In this document: positions 1 through 6,219 of the stretch, in pieces
Layout of the letters: each line of letters starts with the position of its first letter
Position numbering within the stretch: position 1 is the stretch's first letter
From: Octopus vulgaris
Lineage: Eukaryota
DNA: 6,219 nucleotides
Direction: 5' to 3'
Assembly (NCBI GenBank): GCA_951406725.2
Contig: CATOCA020000095.1
Coordinates: 1 to 6,219, forward strand
Made by a program: the position numbers and the translations under genes
The notes under the pieces: model-generated
Told to the model about the DNA's origin: nothing
Databases searched by the model: none
The model's input: the letters and a program-made list of their open reading frames with translations, nothing else

Positions 1-371
<371 letters not shown>

Positions 372-388
372 CATACACATATATATAT

Positions 389-499
<111 letters not shown>

Positions 500-524
500 C
501 ATATATATATACATATATATATAC

Positions 525-612
<88 letters not shown>

Positions 613-617
613 GTGTA

Positions 618-731
<114 letters not shown>

Positions 732-740
732 CATATATAT

Positions 741-766
741 AAGCGGACGCAAACGATGATGATGAT
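741..766 (+). mobile_element. Probable 5'-truncated retroposon (SINE/LINE) 3' terminus with (GAT)n tail, copy 1
   Basis: AAGCGGACGCAAACGATGATGATGAT is a non-repeat island inside TA repeat. A short unique segment followed by a trinucleotide tail is typical of retroposon 3' ends. From memory it resembles an abundant octopus retroposon terminus (unverified). Confidence 0.5.
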
Positions 767-814
767 ATATATACATATATATATACATATATATATATAT
801 ATACACATATATAT

Positions 815-841
815 AAGCGGACGTTAAACGATGATGATGAT
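815..841 (+). mobile_element. Probable 5'-truncated retroposon 3' terminus with (GAT)n tail, copy 2
   Basis: AAGCGGACGTTAAACGATGATGATGAT is a direct repeat of 741-766 at 74-bp spacing, differing by C versus TT. Confidence 0.55.
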
Positions 842-849
842 ATATATAC

Positions 850-1086
<237 letters not shown>

Positions 1087-1091
1087 TATAC

Positions 1092-1233
<142 letters not shown>

Positions 1234-2652
1234 TCAGTTTAGATTGAAAAATTAATGTTTATGCACAAAAACTATTAGAATGTATATAAGTGTATATTGT
1301 ATCAAATATTCTTTTTCATATATTTTTATACTTTCAGAAAAAAAAAAAAACATATATGTATATATTAAATAGATACATATTAGTTTTATATATATATATG
1401 TATACGTATACATATTTGTGTAATGTATTTACAAACATTATATATATACATGTCTTTGTCTGTCAGCTTATGTCGTCTGTTGTCTTATGTCTGTGTTTTA
1501 CATATTATTCAAATACTTTTTTACTTTTTCTTGTTTTATATTTGACTGATGCACAGTTATCGAGCTGTTGGGATTATTTTTTGTACAGTACTTATTTTCT
1601 CTCTTTTCCGAATCTGTTACGACATCCCCCTTTTTCGCTGCTACAAACACGCATTCACACACTCATATATATATATCATATATATATATTCTTTCAGTTT
1701 TCTATCTCCCTCCGAATTCCTATCAGAAGACACTTGCCCATCACGCTCTGAACCAACCATGTTTGGTTCAAGTCTGAACACAGACTCTGCTGTTTCATAT
1801 AAAAAATATTGATGTATATATATTTTCGTTTTCTAGGTTTCAGTCAATCTGGAACACTTCCAGACATCATTCTACATTTAATTTCCGACTATTGAATTCA
1901 GCACGCTTAGTAAAAATGCAAGTGGAAATTTTCTATAAATTATTCACTGACTCTTAGACAAACGTATATATTTATATATATATATATATATATAAATATT
2001 TATTATATATATTTATTTTTTTCATAATTCTTTTATTTTCCAATTTTTCATTTTAAATAATTAATATTTTTCTATATTTCTTTTTTATATGTTTGTTTGA
2101 GGACCGAATGTGTGTGAAGAAGTCACGGACACTTGAATTATGCAAGTAATTCTTTTGTTAAGACCGAAACCGAGGTATGCATTTAAGTCTGTTTTTTATT
2201 TAATTTTTCATATGTCCTGCCCGCCAAATTTGGTTCTGGTGTTCGCTGAATTCTTCCTCTAGAGAATTTCCCTTGTAGTTTGATCGTTGATGATCTTTTT
2301 CTAGCATTCTGGCCGGCTACCTAGCAGGCCAGCCCTGCCAATATACACATATATTTGAATTTTCTCTGACTCCTCAGATTTTTTGAATGCTGGACTACTG
2401 GTTTTAAATTGATATTAAAATTAATATTAATTTATCTCCCTCATTTTTGCAATATATATATATATCTATATACTATATATATATATATACATATATATTC
2501 ATATATATTTTCTTTCATAATGTTACAAATTTTATACATATTCTTTTTCTTTATTCTTTATTTTCTATTCTTATTTACAAAACATATATATATTATATTG
2601 ACTTTTTACTTTAAATTTTAATTTCTTTATTCATAAATTCTTTTTCATATAT

Positions 2653-2719
2653 ATAACTTAGAATAACTTAGAAAGGTTTTTGGCCAGTATTGGCCCAGGC
2701 CATGTCTAACTTAATAGCA
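2653..2719 (-). mobile_element. Extremely 5'-truncated copy of the CR1-like LINE 3' end, or of a SINE sharing that tail
   Basis: 2688-2719 (TATTGGCCCAGGCCATGTCTAACTTAATAGCA, 32 bp) is identical to 5784-5815. Similarity extends to AGGTTT at 2674/5771. It ends in a tandem (ATAACTTAGA)2 at 2653-2672. Confidence 0.8.
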
Positions 2720-2799
2720 TTTTTCTTTCAATTATACATATACATTTAACTTTTTCTTTTTATACTATATATATAACATATTAATTTTTTTTTCTTTTT

Positions 2800-2841
2800 T
2801 ATATATTATATATATATACATTTTTCTTTATATATTTTATA

Positions 2842-2892
<51 letters not shown>

Positions 2893-2897
2893 CATTT

Positions 2898-2928
<31 letters not shown>

Positions 2929-3215
2929 CATATATATATACATATATATATACATATACATATATACAATATATATATATATTTCAATATATATATACAT
3001 ATATATATTTTCTATATATATATACATATATATATATATACATATATATATATACATATATATATATACATATATACATTATATATATATATATATATAT
3101 ACATATATATATACATATATATACATATACATATATATACATATACATATATATATATACATATATATATACATATATATATATACATATATATATATAT
3201 CACATATACATTTTT

Positions 3216-3286
<71 letters not shown>

Positions 3287-3324
3287 CAAACAGTTATATA
3301 TATATGTATATATATATATATAAA

Positions 3325-3389
<65 letters not shown>

Positions 3390-3594
3390 TATATACATAT
3401 ATATATACAAATATATATATGTATATGTCATATATATCATATATATATACATATATACATATATGTATATACATTCACACACACTACACACACACACACA
3501 CATAACACACACATATACATATATATATATATTATATATATATATATATACATATATATATACATATACATATATATATGATATATATATATAT

Positions 3595-3645
<51 letters not shown>

Positions 3646-3668
3646 CACACACATATACATATATACAT

Positions 3669-3737
<69 letters not shown>

Positions 3738-3869
3738 CATATCATATATACATATACATATATATATGTATATACATATATATATGTATATACACACACA
3801 TATGTATACATATATATACATATATACATATATATATATATACATATACATATATATATATACATATAC

Positions 3870-3927
<58 letters not shown>

Positions 3928-3946
3928 GTATATATATATATATACA

Positions 3947-3986
<40 letters not shown>

Positions 3987-4073
3987 CATATATATATACA
4001 TATACATATATATACATATACATATATATATACATATACATATATATATACATATACATATATATATACATAC

Positions 4074-4128
<55 letters not shown>

Positions 4129-4133
4129 CATAC

Positions 4134-4200
<67 letters not shown>

Positions 4201-4214
4201 CATATATAAAATAT
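2800..4214. repeat. Degenerate (TA)n/(TACA)n/(TATACA)n low-complexity tract with embedded (CA)n at ~2878-2892, 3219-3272 and ~3477-3512
   Basis: Read directly; heavily interrupted alternating purine-pyrimidine sequence. Confidence 0.95.
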
Positions 4215-5752
<1,538 letters not shown>

Positions 5753-5771
5753 ATACTTTGATACTTTGATA
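5753..5771 (-). repeat. LINE 3' terminal tandem repeat (TATCAAAG)2+TAT
   Basis: The plus strand reads ATACTTTG ATACTTTG ATA. Confidence 0.85.
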
Positions 5772-5777
5772 GGTTTC

Positions 5778-5791
5778 GGCCATTATTGGCC
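5778..5791 (-). other. Candidate 3' UTR stem-loop of the LINE RNA (GGCCA-AUAA-UGGCC)
   Basis: A 5-bp GC-rich stem lies just upstream of the tandem tail. The same stem is kept at 2682-2695 with a loop substitution. Confidence 0.5.
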
Positions 5792-5837
5792 CAGGCCATG
5801 TCTAACTTAATAGCACCACCTGGTGAAGTCTTTCAAG

Positions 5838-6217
5838 TCAGAATTTGGGCACTATGGCCCACTCAAGTAGAGAGTTATTGTTTACAGAGACATATCCGGG
5901 TGTAGGGGGTTTATCCGGGATTTCTTGAAGGAATCTGTCCAAAGACTTCTTGAACCCTATAGGGTCAGTTTCTGTTTTAATGTGTTTTGGTGTAATGTTA
6001 AGAGAGCGGGGCCAATTGAGGTGAAATAATTGTGCCGTATTGTTGTTATGAGATGAGAGTGCGATTTTTGTTTTGGGCGGATGGCACGGGGCCCAAGCCT
6101 TGGATGTACCTTAAAGGTGATGCCAACATCATTTGGGCAATGCTGATGGAATATTTTCCACATCATGCAGATGATGTAGCGCTCACGACGACGTTGGAGA
6201 GAATAGAGTTTTAGCTT
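5838..6217 (-). pseudogene. LINE ORF2 (endonuclease/reverse transcriptase polyprotein) C-terminal fragment with a 1-nt frameshift at ~6000
   Basis: 6217-6002 reads KLKLYSLQRRRERYIICMMWKIFHQHCPNDVGITFKVHPRLGPRAIRPKQKSHSHLITTIRHNYFTSIGPAL. After a 2-nt remnant (TT), 5999-5838 reads NITPKHIKTETDPIGFKKSLDRFLQEIPDKPPTPGYVSVNNNSLLEWAIVPKF*. Adding one base restores the family-like ALFN motif. The RT catalytic core is not in the window. Confidence 0.85.
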
Positions 6218-6219
6218 TT

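Larger units (their letters stand above)
5753..6219 (-). mobile_element. 3' end of a CR1/L2-group non-LTR retrotransposon (LINE), continuing beyond the window end
   Basis: The minus strand carries post-RT ORF2 motifs (LYSLQRRRER, WKI, GPAL(F)N, FKKSLDRFL, IPDKP..PGY, NSLLE). These are followed by a ~66-nt 3' UTR and an 8-bp tandem tail (TATCAAAG)2 instead of poly(A), an architecture typical of CR1-like elements. Confidence 0.88.

Noticed and set aside
741-841. CRISPR-like repeat-spacer-repeat arrangement
   Set aside because: Only two copies, the spacer is TA microsatellite, the context is eukaryotic and no cas genes are present.
1290-1812. Three overlapping plus-strand ORFs (153, 87 and 69 aa)
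   Set aside because: Rich in F/Y/I/L because of T-rich low-complexity DNA, with no recognisable motif.
2131-2152. Short inverted repeats (ACTTG/CAAGT; GAATTA/TAATTC)
   Set aside because: Arms of 5-6 bp are expected by chance in AT-rich DNA.
2409-2621. 70-aa hydrophobic ORF resembling a membrane peptide
   Set aside because: The hydrophobicity comes from T/A low complexity; there is no coding evidence.
2641-2725. TTTTTC on both sides of the short LINE-end copy as a target-site duplication
   Set aside because: Not flush with the left junction, and very common in this T-rich region.
6032-6214. 60-aa plus-strand ORF
   Set aside because: Antisense shadow of the LINE ORF2 on the minus strand.

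Overview
Eukaryotic, probably invertebrate, intergenic or intronic DNA. About two thirds of the window is (TA)n/(CA)n microsatellite, and no intact host gene is supported. Nearly all supplied ORFs are artefacts of translating dinucleotide repeats (YIYI, THTH, CVCV). The one well-supported element is the 3' end of a minus-strand CR1/L2-type non-LTR retrotransposon at 5753-6219. It comprises the ORF2 C-terminus with a 1-nt frameshift, a stop at 5838-5840, a short 3' UTR with a stem-loop, and an 8-bp tandem tail that runs into a 1-kb (TA)n tract. A second 67-bp copy of the same 3' terminus, with a different 10-bp tail unit, lies at 2653-2719. A duplicated ~26-bp terminus ending in (GAT)n, probably from another retroposon, sits inside TA repeat at 741-841. 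I see no evidence for a novel multi-gene system. The most interesting signals concern retroposon 3' ends and their association with TA tracts. Repeat lengths, and the T-rich 1231-2830 segment, may be affected by sequencing or assembly error.
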